Assembly: GCA_024679065.1 (NCBI GenBank)
Contig: JAGIQG010000024.1
Coordinates: 18,910,001-18,974,000 of the forward strand
Source of the DNA: Sphyrna mokarran
Taxonomy: Eukaryota
Length of the DNA: 64,000 nucleotides
Direction: 5' to 3'
Shown: positions 12,384 through 24,765 of the stretch, one piece after another
How the letters are laid out: the number at the start of each line of letters is the position of its first letter
How positions within the stretch are numbered: position 1 is the stretch's first letter
Translations under genes and position numbers: made by a program
The notes under the pieces: model-generated
Told to the model about the DNA's origin: nothing
Databases searched by the model: none
What the model saw: the letters and a program-made list of their open reading frames with translations, nothing else

Positions 12384-12919
12384 TCAGATAAGGAACTCAA
12401 AGGACAAGCATGCACGAGTGTGTTGATGGATATGCAGGCTAGACTGGCTGTGGGGTGAATTGGCTGGCCTTTCGCCATTGTCAAAGAACATGGAAGAGTT
12501 TGGCTCCTGTTTGGCAGAGGGCATTGTGTGAAGCTTGCCCTCTGCAGCCTCTGCTCCATTCTCCTGTTCTGCTGCAGACCTGAGGCACTGACATTGATGA
12601 CCCCCTTCCTCCTGCAATCTTTTTGTGAACGGGTCATTTTCTCCCCTGTGAGAATGCTGAAATACTCTCTGGCAAAATTCTGAAATAACTTGAAAGGATT
12701 TGGTAAAATCCTTAACAAGTTGCAGTGAAGTGCAGGAAATTGAAAGGATAGCCTCCCAACAAGGAGATACATAGGACTGTTCTGTTACCAGAAGTTGTGT
12801 GATGTCACAACAGACCATGTGCAGAATATAGAGATCATATCCTACAGTGTGTGCTTTGGAAGAGCTCATCACAACATCTCCAAAACATTCCAGAGTATTT
12901 CCATACAGCTGAAGAAATC
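12384..12919 (-). other. Putative coding exon or transposon-derived ORF, ~178 codons, unidentified (possibly a Harbinger Myb/SANT partner gene relic)
   Basis: Open frame directly after a TTTCAG acceptor at 12920-12925, with an in-frame stop just upstream; FLQLYGNTLECFG...SFEFLI*; weak Myb/SANT-like words (CWEAI; EKMTRSQKDCRRKG in another frame). Confidence 0.35.
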
Positions 12920-13618
12920 CTGAAAGTTACTTGCAATTTGAATGCCTGGCCCTTTTAAGGAACGCAAGATCAAAGTTCATTTAGCAGCCCCATGCTTGGT
13001 GAATACTGATGACTTTCTTGAATGGAACTGCCTAATGTAAATTGGGTTTCCTGACATTGTCTCAGCTGATTGGGCTATTCTCAGCTTGCTGGGAAGCCCC
13101 CACATGCACTTTACCCCTTAGAGAACATCACACAAGCCACTCAGGAAGCAGCCAATGGCACTTCACGCCCCCACAAAGAGACCCTGGTCTGCGGCAGCAC
13201 CATAGCAATGAAATTTGTGCCATTGTCATCATATGCAAGTCCAAAATGAAAATGCTTCTCTGATACCTATGGGAAATCAGAAGTACACAGAACAAGATGC
13301 TGAATAGAGCAAGTCCTAGAACAAATCCAATTGGCAACAATTTTTTTTATTTATATGTCCAATTCAATCCAATCAAACTCCAATTTAAAGTCTCAGCAAA
13401 TGAGATATTCCAGATCCATGCTGACAAGACAGGCCTCTCATTTCCTGCCTTGGTCTTGGTCTACATGATCTAAGCTGATTGGAGCAGGCATCGCATTGAA
13501 TCCAAGGTTTGATCTCACTTGTATCTGAGCCAAAAGGCCAAGATGTCCCTTTAAAACATTGCTTCAAATGAAGCCTCAGTGTAACCTCATGATTTCAACC
13601 AAGTGCAGCACATCAATT

Positions 13619-13665
13619 AAGAACAGATACTACACTTGATCTTAGCCAAAAGTCCGAGAAGCAAT
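13619..13665 (-). pseudogene. RNU2: U2 snRNA 5' fragment (3'-truncated pseudogene)
   Basis: Reverse complement ATTGCTTCTCGGACTTTTGGCTAAGATCAAGTGTAGTATCTGTTCTT equals U2 nt 1-47 with 2 mismatches, including the branch-point recognition GTAGTA. Confidence 0.93.
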
Positions 13666-14169
13666 AGCACAAATGCTATTGATTAAATGCCATTGGGTTA
13701 AAAGTCCCATACAGTGGTCAGTAAAAAGGAGATTGATATGTACCATGTCTCCATACCTTGTGACTTGTGACATTTATATGGAAGTTACAGAGAGAGTGTT
13801 CAGGCTCTTGCGAAAGTAAATAATCTTAACATTGAGACTGATTTAATTAAGATGGACTTAAGCTAACTGAAAACAGTAGTGAGATGAATTTAAACAGCTT
13901 CATTGTTGCATGAAGACTGCTTCATCTTTAAATTAACTGCACAGATTTTATTTAAATGTTCTCCATTCATCTGTTTTTTAACTCACATTATTCAATATCT
14001 TTCCCATGGGACTCAGCGGGTTTGTTTATTGCAATGAAGTTGAAAAAGTAATAAAACTGGCAATTCTGTCAGAGCTAACAGAGGCATATTTTCCAGATAG
14101 TGCACTAAGGATTTGTTGATGTCTATAATGTAATACCATCAGCATTTACATTGCCGATAATATCTGTTC

Positions 14170-14780
14170 TACGTACACTTTCAAGCTATTCTAGATCTCC
14201 ACGTTACAAACATGATATGGAGGCATTGAGGAGAGCACAAGAAGGATTAACAGCAATTAACAATATGGTGGTACAGGGTGACACATTAGCACAGTGGTTA
14301 GTACTGCTGCCTAACAGCACTAAGAACCTGGGTTCGATTCCCAGCTTGGGTCACTCTCTGTGTAGGTTTGTGGCTGCATGGGTTTCCTCGAGGTCCTCCG
14401 ATTTCCTCCCACAGTCCAAAGATTTGCAAGTTAGGCAGATTGGCCATGCTAAATTGCCCCTTAGTCTCAGAGAGACTAGCTAAGGTAAATGCATGGTGTT
14501 ACGGGGATACAGCTTGGATGGAATTGTGGTCAGTGCAGACTCAATGAGCTGAAAGGTCTCCTTCTGCATGGTAGGAATTCTATGAGTGATGGAATCAGAA
14601 CTGCAAGGTTATAGCAATTGGAATACACTGATCAGTCAAGAAAAGGCTGATAGATGAGCCAATAAAAGTCATCAAAAGAATGAAGAGGTTTGATACATAT
14701 TGCAAAAGAATTTCCACTTGCGGGAAAATCTAAAACTAAGATCATAAATATAAGATGGTCATTAATAAAACCAATACAGA
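14170..14780 (+). mobile_element. Old CR1 fragment interrupted by an HE1 SINE (14275-14585)
   Basis: GATATGGAGGCATTGAGGAGAGCACAAGAAGGATTAAC (DMEAL.R.Q) continues after the SINE; further piece at 15470-15655. Confidence 0.65.
14275..14585 (+). mobile_element. HE1 SINE, tail type A
   Basis: Head with B box GGTTCGATTCC, V-domain, tail GTGCAGACTCAATGAGCTGAAAGG...ATTCTATG. Confidence 0.92.
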
Positions 14781-14859
14781 GGCTATCCCTTCAATTTCAT
14801 GCACCCCATTGCAATTTTTTAACGATTTTCCAAATCAGATCATGTCAACAATATGTAAT

Positions 14860-15465
14860 TTTTTTTCCTATTCTTTCATGGGATGTGGGCATTGCTGGCT
14901 AAGTTAGCATTTATTGCCCATCCCTGTTGTGGATCTGAGCTACATGTAGGCAGATGTGGGCGGCACGGTTGCACAGTGGTTAGCACTGCTGCTTCACCGC
15001 TCCAGGGACCTGGATTCGATTCCTGGCTCGGGTCACCATCTGTGTGGAGTTTGTCGTTCTCCTCGTGTCTGCGTGGGTTTCCATCAGGTACTCTGGTTTC
15101 CTCACACAGTCCAAAGATGTGCAGGTTAGGTTGTTTGGCCATGCTAAAAAAATTGCCCCTTAGTGTCCTGAGATGATAGGTTAGAGAGACTAGTGCATAA
15201 ATTATGTAGGGATATGGGGAGTAGTTCCTTGGTGGAATTGTGTTCGGTGCAGACTCAATGGACCGAAGGGCCTCTTTCTGCACTGTAGAGTTCTATGATT
15301 TCCCTCCCCAAAGGACATTAGTGATTCAGATGGATCTTAACAACAGATTTTTATTGGATCTAAATTTCATCATGGTGAGATCTGAGCCCAGGTCCCCAAA
15401 GCTATACCCTGGGTCTCTGGTTTACTAATCCAGCAACAATGTCACTACACCTCCGCCTTCCAATT
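14860..15465 (-). mobile_element. tRNA-derived SINE 'family X' with a nested HE1
   Basis: Tail GGGATGTGGGCATTGCTGG..., body AAAGGACATTAGTG, head ...GTCACTACACCTCCGCC; homologous to 20640, 25390, 31085 and 55970. Confidence 0.8.
14958..15300 (+). mobile_element. HE1 SINE, full length, tail type A
   Basis: GGGCGGCACGGTTGCACAGTGGTTAGC head; TTCTATGATT tail. Confidence 0.95.
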
Positions 15466-16489
15466 TACCTCCATGTGGAGTAGTTGAAGCAAACAGGATG
15501 AATATTTAAGGAAAGCTAGATAAGTACTTGAGGGAAAATGGAACAAAAGGATCTATTGATAGGGTTAGATGGAGTTTGAAAGGGAGAGGCTTATTTGAAG
15601 TATAAAATAAGACACAGGCCACTTGAGCAGAATGGACAATTCCTGCATTGTAAATCTCTTTTGTATTTCAATGTATAATCCCAGTCTTTCTGGTGTCTTA
15701 GAAGCCAATATGAACACAAAGGAGAAAGTGCCTCTTTCAATTCTATAAAGACATGTGGAGTTCTGAATTCATGGCTTGGTGTATTTATACCTGGTATTTT
15801 GTCCCTAGCTTTTATAGTTTAACCCATAGAGTGAAATATATAGCCATTGGATGAGAAGGAAAATTGAGGAGGAAGATGGGTAGAAACTACCCACAGTTCA
15901 GTTTTCCACAAAATAATGCCAGTATCTCAGGATTTGATTGTGGCCAGTAGATATATATGGAAGATTAGCAGGGTATATAATTTGATGGTAGATCCTCAAA
16001 CATCCATACTCCCCTGTCATATTTGAATGACCTGGCAACAGTTAAAAATTATGAAATCGGGATCACAAAAGGGTACCAGCTGAATTTTTTACCCAAAAGA
16101 TATTGGATTAATCTAGTAAGTGACCAAGGATACCACAAAAGCAAGTAGATTTAAGAAGTAACCAGCATGATTCTAAAGAGAGAAGAAATTAAAGAACATA
16201 GTGGGGCAGTGGGGAGGTGAGGTTGAAGACCTGAAGTGTGCTTCAGGAATATAATGAACAAGTAGGTATTGTGGATTGAGTGATGGGGCAAACAGATTCA
16301 GTGAAGGGCAGACTAGGAACAGCACCGGTCATACCATAAAAATGGGATATCAATCTGATGAAGCTACTACTTGCATGTCAAACTAACAGAAGCAGCATAT
16401 GAAAAAACAGAGCTTAGCAATTCCACAATCAATGGATGAGATCTAAATTCTGTAGTCTTGCTGCATGCAGTCATAAATGATGGCGCACC

Positions 16490-18095
16490 CACAACTTCCC
16501 CCTATCTCAGCCCACATTAAACAATGAACGAGTGGAGGGTCCAAGATATCTCCATCCTCAATGATGACGGTCACCCAGCACATCAGTATAAAAGATAAGG
16601 CTGATGCATTTGCATTACTCTTAAGCAGAAGTGCCAATTGGTATTCCACCTCATCCTCACAAGATGTCCCCAGCATCACAGATGCCAGTTGTCAGTCAAT
16701 TTGATTAACTCCATGTGATATCAAGAAATGGCTTAAGGCACTAGATGCTTCTAAGGCTATGGGCCTTGATAATATTCCAGTAATAGTACTGAAGATTTAT
16801 GTTCCAAAACTAACCACATCCTTAGCTAATTAGTTCTGTCAAAGCTACATTGGCACTTACCCAGCAATGTGGAAAATTGCCCAGATTCTTCCAGTCCACA
16901 AAAAGCAGAATAAATCCAACCCATCCAATTACCACCCATCAGTCTACTTTCGATCATCAGTAAAGTTATGGAAGGTTTAGCCGACAGTGCTATCAAGCAG
17001 TACTTACCCAACAAATGTTCAGTTTGGGTTCCATCAGAGTTACTGAGCTCCTGATCTCATTGCAGCCTTGGTTCAAACATGGACAAAAAGGCTGAACTCT
17101 ACTCCACATTGGTTGGAGTCATATTGAGCAGAAACAAAGATAGTTGTGGTCACTAGAGGTCAATCGTCACATTCACAGGATATCACTATAGGGATTCCTC
17201 ATAGTCCCCTAAAGACCCAATCACCTTCAGCTGTATCATCAATGACCTTGGTCAGAACTGGGGATGTTTGCTAACAATTGCACAATGCTCAGTAACACTT
17301 GTGATTCCTCATGCCATTGCATGTCCATATGAAACCAGACCTGGACAATATCCAGGCTTGGGTTGATAAGTAATATTTGCACCACAAAATTGCCAGGCAA
17401 TGACCATCTCCAACAAAAGAGAATCCAACCAACTCTTTTTAACATTCAATGGCATTGCCATCACTGAATCCCCCATTATCAACATTCCAGGTGTCACCAT
17501 CAAACTGAACTGAACTGGACTAGCCATATAAATACTGTGGCTATAAGAGCAGGTCAGAGACAGGGAATTCCCCTCCAGACTTCCCAAATCATTTTTGTCA
17601 TCTGCAAGGCACAAGTCAGGATTGTGAGAAAATATTCTCCACTTGCCTGGATGAGCGTAAAACATTCAACAAATAAAAGCTTGACACCATCCAAAACAAA
17701 GCAGCCATCCATCATCTTCAACATTCACTTCTTCTAGCACCAACACAAAGTGACAGCATTATATACTATCTACAAGATATCCAGCAGCAATTTACCAACC
17801 TTCCAAACCAATCTATCATCTAGAAGGATAAGGGCAACAGATGCATGAAACGTCACCACCTGCAATTTCCTTCCCAACCACCATCTGACTTGGAAATATA
17901 TCACCGTTCCTTCACTGTTGCTGGGTCAAAATCTGGAGCTCCTTTCCAAACAGCATTGTGAGTGTAATTACACCAGATGGAGTACAGCGGTTCATGAAAG
18001 TAGCTCACCACTGCCTTCTATGGGCCAATTAAGGATGGGCAATAAACGTTGGCCTAGCCAGCGATACCCACGTGCCATGAAATATTTTTTAAAAA
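16490..18095 (+). mobile_element. Decayed LINE with jockey-like RT (CR1/L2 supergroup), 5'-truncated
   Basis: RT words KAMGLDNIP, WKIAQ, NPSNYHPISLLSIISKVME; 3' tail GGATGGGCAATAAACGTTGGCCTAGCCAGC; many stops and frameshifts. Confidence 0.85.
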
Positions 18096-18534
18096 GGTGA
18101 AGTTGAGGGCCAAGGTGAGAAGGTGCATTTTGAGGATATGGTGAGAGGGTGGATAGGTGGGATTGAGGGATAGGATGAGTAGGTGTGCGCACAGTGAGGT
18201 GATGAATATGGATATGCACTGAGTGGCATAAAGTAGCTGCTTTTGCATGGTGGACATGAATTAAATTCATCACGGAAAATTATTTCATGTCGTGGCATCC
18301 TTTTAATGGCATGATCGCAGTTAATTACTGTCAGTCAACTGGCACTGAAAATTAGCTATTGCAAATATGCAGTCTCATTCTGTCAGCTGTTAATTGCTTT
18401 TTGAGATATTATTTCTTCTAATTTACAATGTTAATTTCATCATGTTTTTGTCTCTTTTTCTTTTTGCTGATTTAATCTATCTTCCCCTTGTTTTATTTCT
18501 CTTTGTGAACTTAGTTTGACATTGAATTCATCTC

Positions 18535-18616
18535 TAACTTATATATAACTTACATACAACTTACATACACATATCTTACATATAACTCACATATGCCTTA
18601 TACATAACTTACATAT
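18535..18616. repeat. Degenerate ~11-bp tandem repeat (AACTTACATAT)
   Basis: About 7 imperfect copies. Confidence 0.75.
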
Positions 18617-19317
18617 CCTTCTCAGAGCTTGCACTATTAATTTCATAATGCTTCAATCAGTTTTGTGAAGTGATTGCACCCCTGTTTGCCCAGTTCATTC
18701 AGGTCCTTCATGCCCAGTTTCCAGCTCTGTGCCATTATCAGTTCACACTTTCAGCAACTTCCCACACAAAGAATTTTAGATTCTTAATTGCAAGTTTATT
18801 TAACAAGGGGATCATTAAGTACTGAGAAGGGCTTGTGCCTCAGTACCTGCAGGGACAGCAAGAGATGCTAGTCAATCAGACTGGCTGGGAACTCCTTAAG
18901 GTGTGACTGCCTCCCAGTGGGGTAAGGGCGGAAGACCTACCCAACCCGAACATTTGCAGTGATATCCTGGAAATGAAATGATTGACCTCAAAGACTACAA
19001 CCATCTATGTTTATGCTAGGTATGATTCCAACCAGAGTGAAGTTTTCTCCGATTCCCATTGATCCCAGTTTAGTTAGAGCTCCACAATGCCACACTGACC
19101 TAATCGTTGTTGTGTGCTGGTATTGTTACTGCGGGCCATACCTTGTCTCCATCAGACCGACTATTTTGTCAGTGGTAATGGGATGAGTGGGCACTATCAT
19201 TTTCCCCAACACCCTGTAAAATTCAGCTATCTAGGTTTAAATCTCACGCCAGGATGTATGAGAAGGGGATGTAAGTCAGCATCTCATATGCTCTCCATTG
19301 TCATAAACAATAGCTAA

Positions 19318-19456
19318 AGAGTAACTGCTAATCCCATGATATAAATTTCTGTTCATGCAATTTCAAAAACTGCAAGTTTTAGGGCATAGAAGACTCATTA
19401 AGCTTCGAAAAATTGCTTTATTTGATGGGAAAGTATAATAACTCTTGTTCACCAGT
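19318..19456 (+). repeat. ~140-bp direct repeat, copy 1 (copy 2 at 21516-21651)
   Basis: Shared AGAGTAACTGCTAATCCCAT...CTGCAAGTTTTAGGGCATAGAAGACTCAT...GGGAAAGTATAATAA...TTGTTCACCAGT. Confidence 0.9.
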
Positions 19457-20639
19457 TAAAAAACCTGGTTGGGCAAGTTGTCAATCAGTCTGTCAATCCT
19501 TCCGATACTTGCCCTCTATTCCCTGGAGGGAAAATATATTTGTTTAAAAATACAAAGCAAACAATTTGGTTCCAGTAAACTGTGGCCCTTGTTTTTATGA
19601 GAAAGACACCTTTAAATAATGGCATTTTTATGATTTAATTCAGCAGTACACAAGGCGTCTGTGACGATTTATTGTTTTAGAGAACCAAAGGAACTGTCAA
19701 GATCAGTCATGTCAGTTGAATAAAAGTGTTTTGCTTTGACATTTAAACAAAATGCTTTTGATGGCGGCTCAGGCCACAGGAACAATCAAACAGTCCTCGT
19801 AATTATAAACTTGGGTCAGGGAAAAAAGCACAGCACAAAACTTAATGAAGGTTAATGGCCATGATGAAAACTTTACAACTTTTTAATTTTCATTGAAAAC
19901 CCTTTCAGTGTTTTTTGAATTACTGACTGTCAAAGCCAGTAGAAGATTAGATCTATCTATGCACTGTTATAGAAAATGGAGCTGGAATAAGCCATTTTTG
20001 TGGTCATTTAAAGGGCATAAAATGGATGTAGAAAGGCCCAATTTGGGTACCACAGCTCTCAAGGACATCTGATTTAGACTCCTTGCAGAAATTAGACATT
20101 GCTGGAGATGGGCCTTTGAAATCCTCAACAGTCATTAACAATAGGTTAGTGTGGCAACTTGGCCACAAAAATGTCATCCAACACATTGTGATATCCAATC
20201 TTCTTTACTTATAAAAATATCAAACTACAGTACAGCATGGATTCAAAGCTGGAGACAGCTAGTCACACAGGTCCCTCATGGTAAGACTAAATCCACAAAA
20301 AGACTGTGCTATCAAAGATGTTACTTGCATATGCTCATACCTGCTAAAGAGATCAGTACATTCAAACTGGAAGAAGCTTACTATAACACCCTATAATAGT
20401 TACGTTAGCAAAATTCAGCTCCCTTGGTGTTGAAAATGGCTGGGCTTCACTCCCCACACCAATTGGCATCTCTTGAAGGCAATAGTTGTTAATTATGTAA
20501 ATTAACATTGTAGGCAGGTGGGGAGTATTGATTGGATGAGATACTGATGGTGCACTGTGGAGTTCTGAGTTATATACGTGCAATGACTCACTCTGTGATA
20601 ATCTAAAACTGAATCTAATGAATTAGCTTCTGCTGTCCT

Positions 20640-20850
20640 TTTTTTATTTGTTCATGGGGTATGGATTTTACTGTCTGGGCCTGCATTTATTGTCCTTCCA
20701 TTAGGGCATTTAAGAGTCAACCACATTGCTGTGAATCTGGAGTCACATGTAGACCAGATCAGCTAAGGACAGCAGATTCCCTTCCCTAAAGGACATTAGT
20801 GAATCAGATGGGCTTTTATGACAATGATTTCACGGTCATCGTTAGACTTT
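20640..20850 (-). mobile_element. tRNA-derived SINE family X, 5'-truncated
   Basis: GGGCATTTAAGAGTCAACCACATTGCTGTG...CCCTAAAGGACATTAGTGAATCAGATGGG. Confidence 0.85.
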
Positions 20851-21470
20851 TCAAGAAGTTAAGAAGGTTTTATTTGTCTTCATTATAAGAGGACTTGAGC
20901 ACAGGAGCAAGGATGCTTTACTGCAGCTATATAGAGACTTGGTGAGACCACACCCAGAGTATTGTATACAGTTTTGGTCTCCTTTCCAAAGAAAGGATAC
21001 ATTTTTCAGAGAGGGAGTGCAGCAAAAGTTCACCAAACTGGTTCCTGGGATGGTAGGATTGTTGAATGAGGAGAGATTGAGTTGATTGGTCTGATTTCAC
21101 TAGAATTTTGAAGAATAAGTGTGATCTCATTGAAATGCATATATAACTCTGACAGGATTGGACAGACTGAATACAGGGATATTGTTTCTTCTGATTGGGG
21201 TGTCTGAAACAAGAGGTCACAGTCTCAGGGTACAGGATAAGGCACTTAAAAATGACATGAGAAGAAAATTCTTCACTCAGGAGGTGGTAAATGTGTGAAA
21301 TCTATCACAAAAAGAAATAGATAGATTTCTAAACTCTGAAGTTCTCAAGGGATATGGGGACACTGGAGTATCGTGTTGATTTAGTGGATCAGCCATAGTC
21401 ATTCTGAATGGAGGAACAGGCTCAACAAGCCAAATGGCCTATTCCTACTCCTATTTCTATGTTTGTATGT
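20850..21470 (+). mobile_element. CR1 LINE 3' fragment
   Basis: LLQLYRDLVRPHPEYCIQFWSP...KFTKLVPGM, followed by CR1 3' UTR. Confidence 0.92.
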
Positions 21471-21515
21471 TTTAATCAAACCTTTTATGTAAATTGGCAT
21501 CCTATGTATAGATAC

Positions 21516-21651
21516 AGAGTAACTGCTAATCCCATAATTTAAGATCTTTTTATGCAACTTCAAAAGCTGCAAGTTTTAGGGCATAGAAGACTCATCAAGC
21601 TTCCAGAAACTGTTTTTTTTTGTTGGGAAAGTATAATAATTGTTCACCAGT
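21516..21651 (+). repeat. ~140-bp direct repeat, copy 2
   Basis: See copy 1 at 19318. Confidence 0.9.
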
Positions 21652-21959
21652 GAAGGGAAAACAAAACAACACATTTATTTACAGGTAAAGGATGTATAGA
21701 GAATTAAAACTTCATGGCTGTAGCCAGCTCCTGAGATGGTTGTAGAACACAAACCGATGCTTAATGGGGTGAACCCTTGAGCTGGTCCCTGATTCGTTTC
21801 CTTGAACATGTGACCCTTTAAAGAGACAATCTTAGCAGAATGGCTAAGTGACATGACAAAGGGCAAGTTGTAATGGAAGACTGTGTACAATTGAGCAATG
21901 ATGTGCTTCAATGTAATTGACATATCTCATTAAATCACTATGTCAGACAAAGTACAGGA

Positions 21960-22712
21960 ATGAGACAAAGAATCTGGTGAATCTCTCCCTTAATGTCAAC
22001 AAAACGAAGGAGATTGTTATCGACTTCAGGAAGCATAGAAGAGAACATGCCCCTGTCTACATCCATGGGAATGATGTAGAAAGGGTCAAGAGTTTCAAGT
22101 TTTTAGGTGTCCAGATCACTGACAACCTGTCCTGTCCCCCCATGTCAACATTATAGCTAAGAGAGCCCACCAATGAATCCAGGAAATGTGGCATATCAGC
22201 TAAGATTCTCACCAACTTTTTACAGATGCACCATAAAAAGCATTCTTTCTCATTGTATCACAGCTTGGTGTGGCACTGATCTGCCCAAGAATGCAAGGAG
22301 CAACAAAAGGTTATGAATGTAGCCCAATCCATCATGCAAATCAGCCTCCCAATTGATCTATCTACATTTCCCGCTGCCTCAACAAAGCAGCCAACATAAT
22401 TAAGGATCCCACACACCCCAGACATTCTCTCTTCCACCTTCTTCTGTCAGGAAAAAGATACAAAAATCTGAGGACGCATACCAACCAACTCAAGAAAGCT
22501 TCCTCCCTGCTGCCATTAGAGTTTTGAATGAACCTGCCTTGCATTAAGTTGATCTTTCTCTATGCTCTAACTAAGACTGTAACACTACATTCTGCACCAT
22601 ATTGTTTCCTTCTCTATGAGCAGTATGCTTTGTCTGCACAGCATGCAAGAAACAATACTTTTCACTGTAAACCAACGCATGTGGCAATAATAAATCAAAT
22701 TAAATCAAATAC
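21960..22712 (+). mobile_element. Rex1/Babar LINE 3' part
   Basis: NLSLNVNKTKEIVIDFRK...VERVKSFKFLGVQITDNLS; tail TTTTCACTGTAA...TGTGGCAATAATAAATCAAATTAAATC. Confidence 0.9.
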
Positions 22713-24058
22713 GTTCTGAGGAGAGCTCATTATCCAGTGTTTTCTGTTCTTTCAGGTGTCTAGCCAATTTCCTGTTTTTCTCATTGTGATTAAGAAGGAA
22801 AGCGATGTAAATGGAATTTCACACGGTTAATAGAATTCATAGGAGTACATGAACAAAGAGTAAATTACTAAACCCCTAAAGTTGTACTGTTACTCAGTGA
22901 GATCTTGACTGATCTATACCTCAACTGCATTAATCTGTCTTTGTTCCACAGCCCTTGATACATCCTTCACCTATTGACCTCAGTCTTATTGACCCTGCTA
23001 GGATCGAAATCCTTTTGTGAATTAAAGGTTCAGGTTTCTATTACTCTTTGTGTTTAAAAGTGCTGCTTGATTTGGCTTTCCTGTTTGATTTTCACTCAAA
23101 GATGCATCTCCTCATTCTTAATATCCCAAGAGGTGCCAGAGATTGGGATGTTTTTTGTATTTTGATGGGTTAAATTTTCTATTCTCCATTCATTCTATTC
23201 TTATTTTCTGTTCTTAACAACATGAAATATAGGTTGGATTGGTTTGCATTCTAAAACATGTTGCTTGACTTTGATTATTGTTGTTAGAGGTAGGGATAAG
23301 ATTTTATCACAGTGAAGAACTTTGAGATGTGCTGAGATTGTAAAAAAATGCTATGTAAATGCAGGTCTTTTGTTTTCTTGTAATCAATTGCCAAAGTTTG
23401 TATCTAAACCTAAGGATGAATTGAGTTGACAGTTTATATTAAACTAAATTAACATAAACAGGGAAGCTTTAACAGGAAATGATGATATTTTGATTAAAGG
23501 AAGATTAATTACATAGAAAGGAATTGGAAAGCGTTCATTATTTATAATTAGCAGGAATGAATCTGTTATATAACTCACCTACTCTGCAGTGACAAGCAGT
23601 CCATGGTATTGTACTTTCAACAAACATGTTCAAGCAAACTACATTCCTAATAATGCTAAAAGCTCAAAGGAATGTCATACCTCATGATCTTTAATAAAAA
23701 ATCACATAGAACATAATGACATAAAATTGATTTGAATCGGACATACATGCTATTTTTACAAGTGTTTGACACACACCTAATTATAGTGAGAAAAACATTT
23801 CTTTGCTTTTCCCTTTATCCCTCGCTCATCTACCCACAAACACCAATAAAACAATATAAAGGTAATTCTTTGTATACCTAAGAAAATATTACATTGATGT
23901 TAGAAAAGACAAGGTAATGAAGACTAACATTGTTCATTTTGTGAGGCGCTTATGAGTATACACAGCATATACTGCTATGTGTTGCAGAGGAGGCTGTCAC
24001 AGGGGTAAGATAATTGTTGAAAAGACATTATGGGATCTGTTTTTTTAAGGAGGGGAAT

Positions 24059-24307
24059 TGTTGCCTATGTGCTGTTATCTTAAAGCAACGGGTTTGGTTT
24101 GGTGATTGTCCCTTTAAGGCCAACACGGCAGAGTAAGGATCACCTGACCTGAGGCGACCAATCAGGAGTGGGGAATCCACCCATGTTAAGGGATTTTCCT
24201 CAGCAGAGGTATTTTAAAACCAACTGCAAACATATAGTAGCTTATGAAGATCTCTAAATAAATCCCTTTTTATTCACTGATGAAATCGCTGAAAGTGCAT
24301 CATTACA
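24059..24307 (+). mobile_element. Probable LTR (3' LTR with polypurine tract)
   Basis: TG...CA ends, preceded by AAGGAGGGGAA; internal CCAAT box and AATAAA. Confidence 0.5.
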
Positions 24308-24309
24308 TT

Positions 24310-24765
24310 TGGTTAGATATAAAACTGAGCACCTATATAGCCTCCTAATGAAAGATCCAAGGGTACTATTTTGACAAAAAACAGGAAAGTCTTGTCTGAT
24401 AACTGTTATCCCTCAAGCAACTCCAGAGATTATCTAGTTACTTATCCCATTGCTGCTTGTTCGATCTTTCTGTGCACAGATTGGCACCACATATCCTACG
24501 TTAAGTGACTACATTTCATAGAATCGTAGAATCCCTAATGTGAAGGAGGCCATTCGGCCCATCGAGTCTGCAGAGACCACTATCCCACCCTTGCTTTATA
24601 CTCATAACCCTTCCTATTTACCACACTAATCCCCTGATACTAGGGTCAATTTACCCTGGCCAATCAACCTAACCCGCACATCTTTGGTCTTCAAAAGTAG
24701 TTAATTGGTCATTCAGTTCTTCGGAGTGTTCAGAGGATGTGAAAAGCATTATATAAATAGAAGTT
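24310..24765 (+). mobile_element. Deu-domain SINE split by a reverse HE1 3' fragment (24516-24688)
   Basis: AAAGATCCAAGGGTACTATTTTG...GTGACTACA | CTTCAAAAGTAG...GTGAAAAGCATTATATAAAT. Confidence 0.8.
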
